Source of the DNA: Fidelibacterota bacterium
GTDB lineage: Bacteria; Fidelibacterota; UBA2242
Assembly (NCBI GenBank): GCA_049975265.1
Contig: JBNGDF010000001.1
Location: forward strand, 96,001-160,000
Reading direction: 5' to 3'
DNA: 64,000 nucleotides
The notes beneath the pieces are model-generated. The model was not told where the DNA came from. It saw only the letters and a program-made list of their open reading frames with translations, and made no database searches. Shown one piece after another: positions 43,704 through 53,194 of this stretch. A program made the position numbers and the translations under genes. Positions within the stretch are counted from its first letter, which is position 1. Every line of letters starts with the position of its first letter.

Positions 43704-44630
43704 ATGTACCGGTTTCCCAAGCCGCTGTCTAACGGGGCAACCATAGGGGTCATCGCGCCGGCCAGTGCGGCTAACCGGAGACAGACCCGTGAAGGTCTGG
43801 AATATTTGGAACGCCGGGGATTTACGGTAAAAACGGCGCCCAATCTGACACGCGGCCGGTTTTACCTGGCGGGAGCTGACACCGGACGGGTGAAATGGCT
43901 TGAAGAGTTTATCCGGGACCCGGAAATTGAGGCGATAATCTGTGTGCGGGGCGGCTATGGAATACTCAGGATTATCGACAGAATCGACTATCGGAAACTG
44001 GCGAAAGTGCCTCCCAAGATGATTATCGGCTATTCCGATGTTACCGCATTACAACTGGCATTCCTGCGGAAGCTCGGCTGGATTGGTTACAGCGGACCGA
44101 TGGTCGCTTCGGATATGAACGGTGAGTTTGACACCTATTCCGAAGAGTGGTTATGGAAGGTTGTTATGGCGCATCCCTATCCGCTGAAACTTGAAAATCC
44201 CATAGGCGAAGAGATTAAAATATACCGGCAGGGTTCGGCAGAGGGAACTCTGATTGGTGGCTGTCTATCGCTGATTACGCCGCTTTTGGGAACCGGGTAC
44301 ATGCCCGATCTGAAAGGTGCGGTGCTGGTGATTGAAGATATCGGTGAAAAGACCTATCATCTGGATAAACATCTGCATATGTTGCGGCTTCACGGGGTAT
44401 TTGATAAAATCGGCGGTCTGATTCTGGGGCATTTTGTCAACTGCTTTCCCAAAAATCCGCAGCGCTCCTTTACAATGGGAGAGTTGCTGGGTGATATTCT
44501 CAAAGATTACGATTTTCCGGTCCTGACCCATTTTGCCTATGGTCATATAAAAAAACGCCTGACTTTGCCCCTGGGCGCCCGGGTGCGGTTGAATACGAAT
44601 CCGGTGGAGATTGAAATTACTGGAAATTGA
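43704..44630 (+). CDS. LD-carboxypeptidase (peptidase S66)
   Basis: IGVIAPAS, RGGYG, GYSDVT, GPM, GTLIGGCLS, IED, YGH..TLPLG. Confidence 0.93.
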   Translation: MYRFPKPLSNGATIGVIAPASAANRRQTREGLEYLERRGFTVKTAPNLTRGRFYLAGADTGRVKWLEEFIRDPEIEAIICVRGGYGILRIIDRIDYRKLAKVPPKMIIGYSDVTALQLAFLRKLGWIGYSGPMVASDMNGEFDTYSEEWLWKVVMAHPYPLKLENPIGEEIKIYRQGSAEGTLIGGCLSLITPLLGTGYMPDLKGAVLVIEDIGEKTYHLDKHLHMLRLHGVFDKIGGLILGHFVNCFPKNPQRSFTMGELLGDILKDYDFPVLTHFAYGHIKKRLTLPLGARVRLNTNPVEIEITGN

Positions 44631-44716
44631 TATAGCGATTGTCGCCTTTGTGAGTATAGCTGGCAAAGGTACGATAAACCAAGAGAGATTGATTATTTTA
44701 AAGATGGTGTAACAGT

Positions 44717-44932
44717 ATGAAGAAAAATGTGGATATCATTATAAATGAAGACTGGTGTAAAAGCTGTGAGATTTGCGTCACTTTTTGTCCGAAAAAGGTT
44801 TTTGACATGGGTCGTTTTTATCCCATAGTAGCCAGACCGGAAGACTGCATCAATTGCAAATTATGCGAAATGTTATGTCCGGATTTTGCGATTCAGGTGA
44901 TTGCGACCGATGATAAGGATAAGAATAAGTAA
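44717..44932 (+). CDS. korD: 2-oxoacid:ferredoxin oxidoreductase delta subunit (2x4Fe-4S)
   Basis: WCKSCEICVTFCP and CINCKLCEMLCPDFAI. Confidence 0.9.
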   Translation: MKKNVDIIINEDWCKSCEICVTFCPKKVFDMGRFYPIVARPEDCINCKLCEMLCPDFAIQVIATDDKDKNK

Positions 44933-44946
44933 GCAACGGAGATTCT

Positions 44947-46095
44947 TTGGAAACACCAAATCCCAATATCAAGATGTGGCAGGGCAATGTCGCCTGTGCC
45001 GAGGGTGCTCTGGCGGCGGGATGTCGTTTTTTTGCAGGTTATCCCATTACTCCCTCGTCTGAGATTGCCGAGGTGCTGGCGCTGCGTCTGCCACAAATGG
45101 GTGGCAACTTTATTCAGATGGAAGATGAGATTGCTGCAATGGGGGCAACCATCGGCGCATCTCTGGGGGGCGTAAAAGCCATGACCGCCACCAGCGGTCC
45201 GGGATTTTCGCTGAAGCAGGAAAATATCGGTTTCGCGGCGATGGCTGAGATCCCCTGCGTGGTGGTGAATGTCCAGCGCGGTGGACCCAGCACCGGACTA
45301 CCGACGCACACCTCTCAGGGAGATGTCATGCAGGCTCGCTGGGGAACTCATGGTGATCACCCCATCATTGTGCTGGCACCCTGCTCTGTGCGGGAAACCT
45401 ACGATATGACGGTGAGAGCCTTCAATCTGGCGGAAAAGTACCGCACGCCGGTTATTCTCCTGTCGGATGAAATTGTCGGGCATTTGACAGAAAAGGTCGA
45501 GATTCCGCCTATTGAGTCGCTGGGACTGATAGATCGCAAAAAGCCCGTGGTACCACCCGATCAGTACAAACCCTATGAAATGGATGCGAGTGACATTCCG
45601 CCGATGGCAAATTTCGGCGAGGGGTACCGCTATCATGTAACCGGTCTGGCTCATGATGAGACCGGATTTCCGACCAACGATCCGGAAAAAATCCAGGCAC
45701 AGCTGGAGCGCCTGAACCGGAAAATCGACCGCTACCGGGACCAAATCGTTGAGGTGGAGACCCAGTTTACCGAGGACGCCGAAATATTGGTGATATCCTT
45801 TGGCTCTACCGCCCGATCGGCTCGTCGGGCGGTGATAAACGCCAGAGAACAGAATGTTAGAGCCGGCTTCCTGCGCCTGAAAACGATCTGGCCCTTTCCC
45901 GGCGCAGAGATCGAAGCCATCGGATGTTCGGAGCAGGTGCAACGGATTATTGTTCCTGAAATGAATCTCGGTCAGCTGGCGCATGAGGTCGAATGGGCTG
46001 TACGCCGCTCAAGACCGGTAGTGCGGATCAATAAGATCAACGGCGAGCCGATCGCGCCCAGTGAAATTTTGAATACCATAATGGAGCAAAAATAA
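44947..46095 (+). CDS. korA: 2-oxoacid:ferredoxin oxidoreductase alpha subunit
   Basis: FFAGYPITPSSE, QMEDE, TATSGPGFSLKQE, QRGGPSTGLPT, HGDHP, PEMNLGQ. Confidence 0.95.
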   Translation: METPNPNIKMWQGNVACAEGALAAGCRFFAGYPITPSSEIAEVLALRLPQMGGNFIQMEDEIAAMGATIGASLGGVKAMTATSGPGFSLKQENIGFAAMAEIPCVVVNVQRGGPSTGLPTHTSQGDVMQARWGTHGDHPIIVLAPCSVRETYDMTVRAFNLAEKYRTPVILLSDEIVGHLTEKVEIPPIESLGLIDRKKPVVPPDQYKPYEMDASDIPPMANFGEGYRYHVTGLAHDETGFPTNDPEKIQAQLERLNRKIDRYRDQIVEVETQFTEDAEILVISFGSTARSARRAVINAREQNVRAGFLRLKTIWPFPGAEIEAIGCSEQVQRIIVPEMNLGQLAHEVEWAVRRSRPVVRINKINGEPIAPSEILNTIMEQK

Positions 46096-46097
46096 CG

Positions 46098-46910
46098 ATG
46101 GATTATCTATACTATTTACGCCGGGATAAAATGCCCCATATCTGGTGTGATGGATGTGGGCACGGTATCATTTTGAAGTCCATTCTGAGGTGCATTGACA
46201 AAATGGGCTGGGACAAAAACGATATCGCTCTGGTTTCTGGGATCGGTTGTTCCAGCCGGACGCCGGGCTATGTGGATTTTAACACCCTGCATACAACCCA
46301 CGGTCGGGCGCTGGCGTTTGCCACGGGATTGAAAATTGCCAAACCGAACCTGCATGTAATTGTCGTCAGCGGCGACGGTGATGCAACAGCTATCGGTGGC
46401 AATCACTTCATTCATGCCGCCCGGCGGAATATTGATATCACTATGATCATCTATAACAACTATATCTACGGTATGACCGGCGGACAGGTATCCCCGACGA
46501 CACCTGCCCACAAGAAAGCCACAACGGCACCCTACGGCAATCCCGATGAGCCTTTTGATATCAGCCGGCTGGCGCAGTCGGCCGGCGCCATCTATGTCGC
46601 CCGCTCTACCGTTTTTCATGTAGCCAGGATGGACAAATACATTGAGAGCGCTTTGAATAGAACCGGTTTTTCTGTGGTGGAGATACTGACACCCTGCCCA
46701 ACGTCCTACGGACGGCGCAATAAGGAGGGGCGTGGCGTTGATATGCTGATGTATCAAAAAAGCAACAGCATCGGAATCGAGAGAGCAAAAAATATGTCTG
46801 CAGAAGAGCTGGTCGGGAAAATCGTTACGGGTGTATTTGCAGATAAAGGGCAGGAAAGTTATCTTAATCGATACAACGAGGTCATTGAAAAAGCCCGTAA
46901 GGGGACATAA
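46098..46910 (+). CDS. korB: 2-oxoacid:ferredoxin oxidoreductase beta subunit (TPP-binding)
   Basis: WCDGCG, SGIGCSSR, HTTHGRA, GDGD..IGGNH, NNYIYGMTGGQ, PCPT. Confidence 0.95.
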   Translation: MDYLYYLRRDKMPHIWCDGCGHGIILKSILRCIDKMGWDKNDIALVSGIGCSSRTPGYVDFNTLHTTHGRALAFATGLKIAKPNLHVIVVSGDGDATAIGGNHFIHAARRNIDITMIIYNNYIYGMTGGQVSPTTPAHKKATTAPYGNPDEPFDISRLAQSAGAIYVARSTVFHVARMDKYIESALNRTGFSVVEILTPCPTSYGRRNKEGRGVDMLMYQKSNSIGIERAKNMSAEELVGKIVTGVFADKGQESYLNRYNEVIEKARKGT

Positions 46911-46924
46911 TACAAGGAGACTGT

Positions 46925-47494
46925 ATGGCTTTTCGCTATGAAATACGATTGAGTGGTTCCGGCGGGCAGGGCCTGATTCTGGTGGGTAAGGTTCTGGCGG
47001 AAGCGGCGGCGATTTACGATGGACTGAATGCGACCCAGAGTCAGTCCTACGGACCGGAAGCCCGGGGGGGTGCCAGTCGCTCCGAGGTGATCATTTCCGA
47101 TGGCGATATCGATTATCCCAAAGCGGAGAACATCGATATTTTGCTGGCATTGACCCAGGAAGCCTGCGATAAGTATATTACGGATCTCAAAGGAAGTGGC
47201 ATCTTAATTGTCGATTCGCAAATGGTGACAAAGATTCCGGAAGGTGACTTTCGGGTGGTGGCGGTGCCGATTATTCAGTCGGCGGTGGAACGGCTTGGTA
47301 ATTTTCTGGTTTCCAATATTATCGCATTGGGGATTATCATCAAATTGTCCGGGATCGTTTCGGAGGATTCCGCCAAACATGCCATCCGCTCACGGGTTCC
47401 AAAGGGAACCGAGGAGGTTAATATCAAAGCCTTCTACGCCGGGGTTGAACTGGCGCAGAAATGGCTGGAACAGCACGGACCGCTGAAAGCGTAA
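46925..47494 (+). CDS. korC: 2-oxoacid:ferredoxin oxidoreductase gamma subunit
   Basis: IRLSGSGGQGLIL, QSYGPEARGGAS, NIIALG, N.KAF..G. Confidence 0.95.
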   Translation: MAFRYEIRLSGSGGQGLILVGKVLAEAAAIYDGLNATQSQSYGPEARGGASRSEVIISDGDIDYPKAENIDILLALTQEACDKYITDLKGSGILIVDSQMVTKIPEGDFRVVAVPIIQSAVERLGNFLVSNIIALGIIIKLSGIVSEDSAKHAIRSRVPKGTEEVNIKAFYAGVELAQKWLEQHGPLKA

Positions 47495-47504
47495 TCAGAC
47501 CGTT

Positions 47505-50486
47505 GTGATTCACACAGTCGACTTTTCCACGATTGATCTCTTTGGACGTGTCAGCGCCCTGGGAAATCACCATAATAAATATCTGTTAAATATTGAGAAA
47601 AATTTTGATGCCCTGGTCTCGCTGATTGATGCCAAGCATCTTTTTGACCAGTTCCGTCTGCTTCGATTTTCGTCGCAGCCGGCGCGGGAGATGCGCCTAA
47701 TTAAGGATTTTATCAAGGACCGTGAGACATTGCTGGAAATGCTGGGATGTTATTACTCGCTTCAATTTCTGCTGATGAATATCAAGGCGCTGGATGTACT
47801 TCAGATGAATCTCTCGAAGCCCACCGACCGGTACGAAAATTTTCAGTGGTTTTTGATGCGCACCGGCTCCGATTTCCGACTGCTCAGTGGAGCCTATATG
47901 GAAATTCTGCTGGATATTTTTCTGCCGGAAACGTCACGTCCCGACTTTGTGGTCTGCTGCGTGGGTACACGGGTTGATCAGGACGATATCGATTTGGGGG
48001 TGATTGACCGGGGCACCAGAGACCGGCGCATTATTACAAAAGCCTTTGGTCTGCTGAACCGGGAGATGTTGAAAAATGCCAGCGCGCTGCATTTTCATCT
48101 CTCCGAACATGTCGGTAAAAGCGGCTATTCGGCATCCATTGCAGAGTATCATGACCTGCTGGATCATGAGATACAGGATTTCGTCATATTGAGCGAGATG
48201 CTGAATGCTGTGCCGATTCTCGGTCAACGGGCGCTTTTTCACCAGTTCAAAACCGAGATTCTGGACCGTTATTACTATCACCCGGCGAATGATAATAAAT
48301 ACCACGAGGGTTGTCTGCGGGGTTTACTGGGGGAAATCCGGGACCTGATCATGAAGGAAGCTCCGGAAAACATCCTGATTCCCAAGCGGGATGCGCTGCG
48401 GATGCTGAAGGCGACCCTGTTTGCCATGAAGACCTGGAAAGGGATTGATCGCAATACTACTCTGGAGGTTCTGGACGTTCTGCTGAAAACCGATCTCTCC
48501 AACCGGGACGACTATCTGCGGATTCATCGCGCCCTGACCTTTTTTGAGACCTTCCGGTTTCTATATCATCTGATTGTTGTGCAGGAAGAGGAGATATATC
48601 TGGAAGATGCCAACATGTCCGACAATCTGCAGAAGGTGGCTTTGGCGATGGGCTACGAAGACAAAAGCTATGCGCCGGCATATACACAGATGCTGATTCA
48701 TTATCAGGATTTACAGGAGACCGCCCGGCGCGGTGCCGAACGTCTCATCGGGCAGATCAACAAACACTTACAAAATATCACGATATTTAATTCGATTACC
48801 GGTGTGGCGGATAAAACGGTGCATGCGGAATCGGGAGAGCGGATTAATATTGCCAAGGAATTTATCAGACAGTCCACCTTTTTCCGTGGAATCCGTTTCT
48901 GGGACGATGTGTTTACCCGGCTGGACAGCGAGGATGAAATTCTACTGAATATGTTTATCAGCGATTTTATCAATCTGCCGGGTGAACAGATGATTTCCCT
49001 GCTCAAAACCTATGTACGCTGGGGGCGGACGTCGCCTTACTCGCTGATTTCGCTGATAACAATTCTGGCAAAACACCGACCGGCATTGGCGGAGTCAAAT
49101 TTTATCCGCTGTTTTTTGGATGAATTCATTAACGATCTTCAGGGTACCTATGAAAATATCAGCCGCTTGTGTCACATTCTGAATTTTGCTCCCCGGATGA
49201 TGAACAATTTTCTGGCATTGCTGAACGAAGATCATCTGACGCGTCTGATCGGAATTGTTGACCAGCCTTTGTGGCGTCCCGATATTCAGATGTTACAGGA
49301 TAATCTGCTGATCATGTGCCGCCTTTACAGAGACAGCAGTTACTATTTTCAGCGTTTTGTACAGCGGGTGTTTAATTCCTATGCGGACTATATTTCCACT
49401 TTGAGAAATGAGCCAAAATTTGCCCAGATTGCGGACGGTCTGCTGCGCAATCTGGATAATTTTGATACAATTTCGGAGCGAATCGAAAAGCTGGGCGACT
49501 ACTATGATTTTGAGTTTTTACGGCTCGGCATCAAGATGATTTCCGGCGGATCCTTTGAGACGGTAAACCAGCAGTTCACAATTTTTTCGGACAATTTTAT
49601 CCAGATTCTGTTTGATCTGTGCCGGGAAGAGATTGCCAGGGAGATGGATGATGAAATTTTGGAGACCCGCGACCTGCTGGCGGTTTTTGCCGCGGGCGGA
49701 CATGCCCGCAGTCAGTCATTTGACGACGATTATGATTTGATCATATTATTGAATTCCGACGATGAGAAGATGCTGCAATACGCCAACCGGATTATTCTGA
49801 AAATGAATAAGCATATTATTCGCCGTTCCATTATGACGCACTACCGCTTTGCCGACCGGTTTAAGAATTACGTTACCACGTTTCAGAATCTTAAGGACTT
49901 CTTCCGTCATCCCGATGAAAGTGCCTTTATTGATATGTCGCAGTTGCTCGGCTCCCGAATGATCGTGGGCAGCGCTCATTTCAAGGATGCCTTTGAGAAG
50001 GAGATTGTCATTCCCTTCATTTTTAACCGGAAAGCGGAGTTCACAAAATCGCTAAAAGCCGAAATCGATTCACGGCAAACATACCGCCTGACATCCGAAG
50101 AGATCGATATCAAAGAGTGTCCCGGGGGTCTGCGGGATATGGAAAATTTTCTGTTTATTCTCAAAGCCCATTTCTCCATCGTCAGACCGATATCGGAGAA
50201 GCTGTTCAAACAGCTGTTCCAGTTATTACCCAACCATGAGATTGAAATAGATACTCTTCGTCAGAATTATTTCCTGCTGAAACATATTCGCGACCTCTAT
50301 CACCTGATGGTCTCTGATAACGATGAGCTGCAGACCGACTATCTTGCAAACATAATTCCGCCGCTGAATCAATCGCGGAAACTGAATCTGGCGAGTGTTG
50401 ATCAGCTGCGGAAAATGATCGAATCACTGCTGCAGGAGAACGTGGAGCTGATCGCTCAATTATTGGAGCTGGTGGAATCCAACTGA
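47505..50486 (+). CDS. Large protein with two divergent GlnE/GlnD-type nucleotidyltransferase modules
   Basis: Module 1: FVVCCVGTRVDQDDIDLGVI..EMLNAVPILGQRALF..LIPKRDALRML. Module 2: LAVFAAGGHARSQSFDDDYDLIIL..QLLGSRMIVGS..DIKECPGGLRDME..YFLLKHIRDLYHL. GTG start 10 nt after korC. Confidence 0.7.
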   Translation: MIHTVDFSTIDLFGRVSALGNHHNKYLLNIEKNFDALVSLIDAKHLFDQFRLLRFSSQPAREMRLIKDFIKDRETLLEMLGCYYSLQFLLMNIKALDVLQMNLSKPTDRYENFQWFLMRTGSDFRLLSGAYMEILLDIFLPETSRPDFVVCCVGTRVDQDDIDLGVIDRGTRDRRIITKAFGLLNREMLKNASALHFHLSEHVGKSGYSASIAEYHDLLDHEIQDFVILSEMLNAVPILGQRALFHQFKTEILDRYYYHPANDNKYHEGCLRGLLGEIRDLIMKEAPENILIPKRDALRMLKATLFAMKTWKGIDRNTTLEVLDVLLKTDLSNRDDYLRIHRALTFFETFRFLYHLIVVQEEEIYLEDANMSDNLQKVALAMGYEDKSYAPAYTQMLIHYQDLQETARRGAERLIGQINKHLQNITIFNSITGVADKTVHAESGERINIAKEFIRQSTFFRGIRFWDDVFTRLDSEDEILLNMFISDFINLPGEQMISLLKTYVRWGRTSPYSLISLITILAKHRPALAESNFIRCFLDEFINDLQGTYENISRLCHILNFAPRMMNNFLALLNEDHLTRLIGIVDQPLWRPDIQMLQDNLLIMCRLYRDSSYYFQRFVQRVFNSYADYISTLRNEPKFAQIADGLLRNLDNFDTISERIEKLGDYYDFEFLRLGIKMISGGSFETVNQQFTIFSDNFIQILFDLCREEIAREMDDEILETRDLLAVFAAGGHARSQSFDDDYDLIILLNSDDEKMLQYANRIILKMNKHIIRRSIMTHYRFADRFKNYVTTFQNLKDFFRHPDESAFIDMSQLLGSRMIVGSAHFKDAFEKEIVIPFIFNRKAEFTKSLKAEIDSRQTYRLTSEEIDIKECPGGLRDMENFLFILKAHFSIVRPISEKLFKQLFQLLPNHEIEIDTLRQNYFLLKHIRDLYHLMVSDNDELQTDYLANIIPPLNQSRKLNLASVDQLRKMIESLLQENVELIAQLLELVESN

Positions 50487-50491
50487 TCGAA

Positions 50492-51640
50492 TCAATCTCC
50501 GAGTTTGGAGAGCGCTTTGCGGGCGGATTTTAGGGCGATGGAGATCATTCTGTCCTGAAATTCTGCCACCTCTGCCGGTTTCGGCTGGATCTTTTCCCAT
50601 CGTCTGAGTTGCCGTGCGGTGACACGGAATATCCGGTTTTGTGCCCGGTCCAGAATTCGGCGGAGGCTCTGATATTTGCCCATGTCAATACGGGTCTCGT
50701 CAACATAGATGGTGTTTTTAATGTCTCTGAAGACCGAATTTAAGAGCGCGCTGTCCATTCCGCTCAGTGCATCGGGTATCCGCTCTGCCCGGACCCACAG
50801 TGGAACGGCAATGGCAGCAGCCGGTTCGCCCAAGGTACACCAGAAGGTCGTCATTTCCGGACTATTATCGGCAGTGCCGTCAAAGATAGCCGCGGATACG
50901 GTTCGATGGCGGTTGATGGTATTACGGGTCTCCCGCAGCCGGGGCTGATGGGGGTCCAGTAAGGAATCGGGCAGAGTCATGTCCCGGGAGACGGTCGTGA
51001 TCAGGTAGCGGTGGTCGAGCTGCCCTTTTTGAATGGCATCGGCAATAAGCGATTTTGCCTGGTTATAGCGGATTCTGCCATAGCCTTCGGAGGAACGGGC
51101 ATTGTGGGCGAAATTGGCACGTACCAGATAACCCGGTGGATCGGCATCAAACCGAAAGTATTCGTGATTGCCTGTTTCGAAGAAAGCGGCGCTTCCCAGT
51201 GCATCAATGACACCAAAATTGCTGGTGACCTTGCGTCCCGATGAATTACTTCTGCGGAGCATCTCCTCGAAATCATCGATAGTCCGGCAGTGCCGGAGGG
51301 CGGCTTTCATCCAGATGCCCTCATCGTCGTAGCCGGTGTTTTCGTCGGGGCGTGCCAGATCGCGGGATTCGGCATTCATGATGGCAAAGCCGAAATTGTT
51401 CACTCCCGCCCAGACCTGGCTTGTATCGCCGGCATTGATCAGTCCCAGATAGTGCATGGAATTATCATTGAAAAAGACAATCGCATTTTGTTCAAAACCG
51501 GAATCCCGGTTTTTCCAGAGTAAAACGTGGTTGCTTTTGGTGGCATTTGGTCCGGCAAGTCCGGTGGTACAAGCGAAGGTAGCCGGTATGGAGCCGGAAA
51601 TGCTTATCGAGATGGCGAGAATGATGAGCCTTGTTTTCAT
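50492..51640 (-). CDS. Exported Ntn-hydrolase (C45/C69-like) protein
   Basis: Signal peptide ending FA, then Cys nucleophile (CTT); LLWKNRD; WAGVNNFGFAIMNA; NFGVIDA.G.AAFFE; RAN. Confidence 0.8.
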   Translation of the reverse strand: MKTRLIILAISISISGSIPATFACTTGLAGPNATKSNHVLLWKNRDSGFEQNAIVFFNDNSMHYLGLINAGDTSQVWAGVNNFGFAIMNAESRDLARPDENTGYDDEGIWMKAALRHCRTIDDFEEMLRRSNSSGRKVTSNFGVIDALGSAAFFETGNHEYFRFDADPPGYLVRANFAHNARSSEGYGRIRYNQAKSLIADAIQKGQLDHRYLITTVSRDMTLPDSLLDPHQPRLRETRNTINRHRTVSAAIFDGTADNSPEMTTFWCTLGEPAAAIAVPLWVRAERIPDALSGMDSALLNSVFRDIKNTIYVDETRIDMGKYQSLRRILDRAQNRIFRVTARQLRRWEKIQPKPAEVAEFQDRMISIALKSARKALSKLGD

Positions 51641-51665
51641 TACTGGTTACCTTTTAAATGTGGAA

Positions 51666-52595
51666 TCAGGACAGCCTGTCGATATATTCGGAGGCGGTCA
51701 GTGCACCGATGGTACCATCTCCCACCGCTTCGGCGATCTGCCGGAATTTCTTGGAGCGTACATCGCCAACGGCAAAAACACCCCTGATATTGGTGTGCAT
51801 ATAACGATCGGTGATAATGTGTCCGTCGTCGTCCAGCTCCACCAGGTCTTTGACAAAATCCGTATTTGGTGTCCAGCCGATGAATATGAAAACCCCTTCG
51901 GTCTTTTTGGTGTCGATTTTGCCGGTTTTAACATTTTTAATTGTCACGGCTTCCACTAGATTTTCACCCGTGATTGCGGTAACAACGGAGTCCCAGATAA
52001 AGTCGATCTGTTTGTGGTCGTAGGCACGCTGTTGCAGGATCGGACTGGCGCGCAGCTGATCACGGCGGTGAATAACGGTTACCTTACTGGCGAATTTTGT
52101 CAGAAAAAGAGCCTCCTGAATGGCGGCATCGCCTCCGCCGACCACGACGATTTCGGCGTCTTTGTAAAAGGGACCGTCGCAGGTGGCGCAATAGGAAACA
52201 CCCCGACCGGTCAATTCCTTTTCACCGGGGACATTTAGCAGGCGGGGCAGACCGCCGGTGGCAATGATAACCGTTTTGCTGTGGTACTCTTTTTTTTCTG
52301 TTTTTACTATATGGAACTTTTCACCGGGAGTAATGGCGCTGGCTTCATCATACTCCCTGATGACGACATTGAACCGCTCGGCTTGGCGCCGAAATTTCTG
52401 CATCAGTTCCGGTCCCGGGATCCCTTCGGGAAATCCGGGGTAATTCTCAATCAGGTCGGTGACATTTGGGATACCGCCGGTCATTGATTTTTCCAGCAGC
52501 AGCGTGTCCAGTTTTTCCCGGGCGGTATAGATTGATGAGGTGAATCCGGCAGGACCGCCACCGATAATCACGACGTCGTAAACTTTATCCATCAC
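51666..52595 (-). CDS. trxB: Thioredoxin-disulfide reductase
   Basis: IGGGPAG, IENYPG, GRGVSYCATCDG, VVGGGD, HRRD, FAVGDV. Confidence 0.96.
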   Translation of the reverse strand: MMDKVYDVVIIGGGPAGFTSSIYTAREKLDTLLLEKSMTGGIPNVTDLIENYPGFPEGIPGPELMQKFRRQAERFNVVIREYDEASAITPGEKFHIVKTEKKEYHSKTVIIATGGLPRLLNVPGEKELTGRGVSYCATCDGPFYKDAEIVVVGGGDAAIQEALFLTKFASKVTVIHRRDQLRASPILQQRAYDHKQIDFIWDSVVTAITGENLVEAVTIKNVKTGKIDTKKTEGVFIFIGWTPNTDFVKDLVELDDDGHIITDRYMHTNIRGVFAVGDVRSKKFRQIAEAVGDGTIGALTASEYIDRLS

Positions 52596-52763
52596 TTTTT
52601 ACCTCCGTGGTTTATTCTTTAAAAAGCGCCCAATTAAATTGATTCCACAATTACAAAAGCGTTACGCCGGAATAGTTTACATGTTTTTTAAAAAAGTTCC
52701 TAATGGGAAAAGAATAAACCAATTCCCTGTTTCCGATCCGCTAAATTTTTCCTAAATTTAAAC

Positions 52764-53135
52764 ATGTTAAAAGGTGACAAAGAGATCATTTTAGTGGGTG
52801 ACCGGGTGCTGATTGATCCGGACACCGATCAGTCCAAAACCCCGTCCGGTCTTTATCTGCCACCGGGTGTCAAGGAGAAGGAGATCGTCCAGGGTGGTTA
52901 TATTGTCAAGGTCGGTCCCGGATTTCCGATCCCAGTTATGGATGAGTCCTCCGATGAACCCTGGGCGCAGGAATACCGCGAGCCCCAGTACATGCCGCTC
53001 CAGGCGGAAGAGGGCGATTATGCCATCTTTCTGCGCAAACATGCCATTGAAATTGAGCTGGAGGGCAAGAAATATATCATTGTGCCGCACTCCTACATAC
53101 TGGTTCTGATCCGGGAAGATTTTCTGGATGAATAG
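52764..53135 (+). CDS. Stand-alone GroES/Cpn10-family co-chaperone
   Basis: VGDRVLI..KTPSGLYLP..G.IVKVGPG..GDYAIF..EIELEGKKYIIV; no groEL adjacent. Confidence 0.85.
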   Translation: MLKGDKEIILVGDRVLIDPDTDQSKTPSGLYLPPGVKEKEIVQGGYIVKVGPGFPIPVMDESSDEPWAQEYREPQYMPLQAEEGDYAIFLRKHAIEIELEGKKYIIVPHSYILVLIREDFLDE

Positions 53136-53169
53136 AAAAAAACGGCTGACTTTCTGTCAACCGCTTTTT
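53136..53169. terminator. Bidirectional Rho-independent terminator
   Basis: AAAAAAA-CGGCTGAC-TTTCT-GTCAACCG-CTTTTT between the convergent groES-like gene and the ECF operon. Confidence 0.75.
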
Positions 53170-53194
53170 ATAATTAAAAACCGTTGAATTTATC

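Noticed and set aside
45298..46757. Long antisense ORFs (e.g. 45298..45984, 46116..46757, 18107..18733, 60424..61095, 25339..25947)
   Set aside because: They are shadows of well-conserved genes on the opposite strand and have no recognisable motifs
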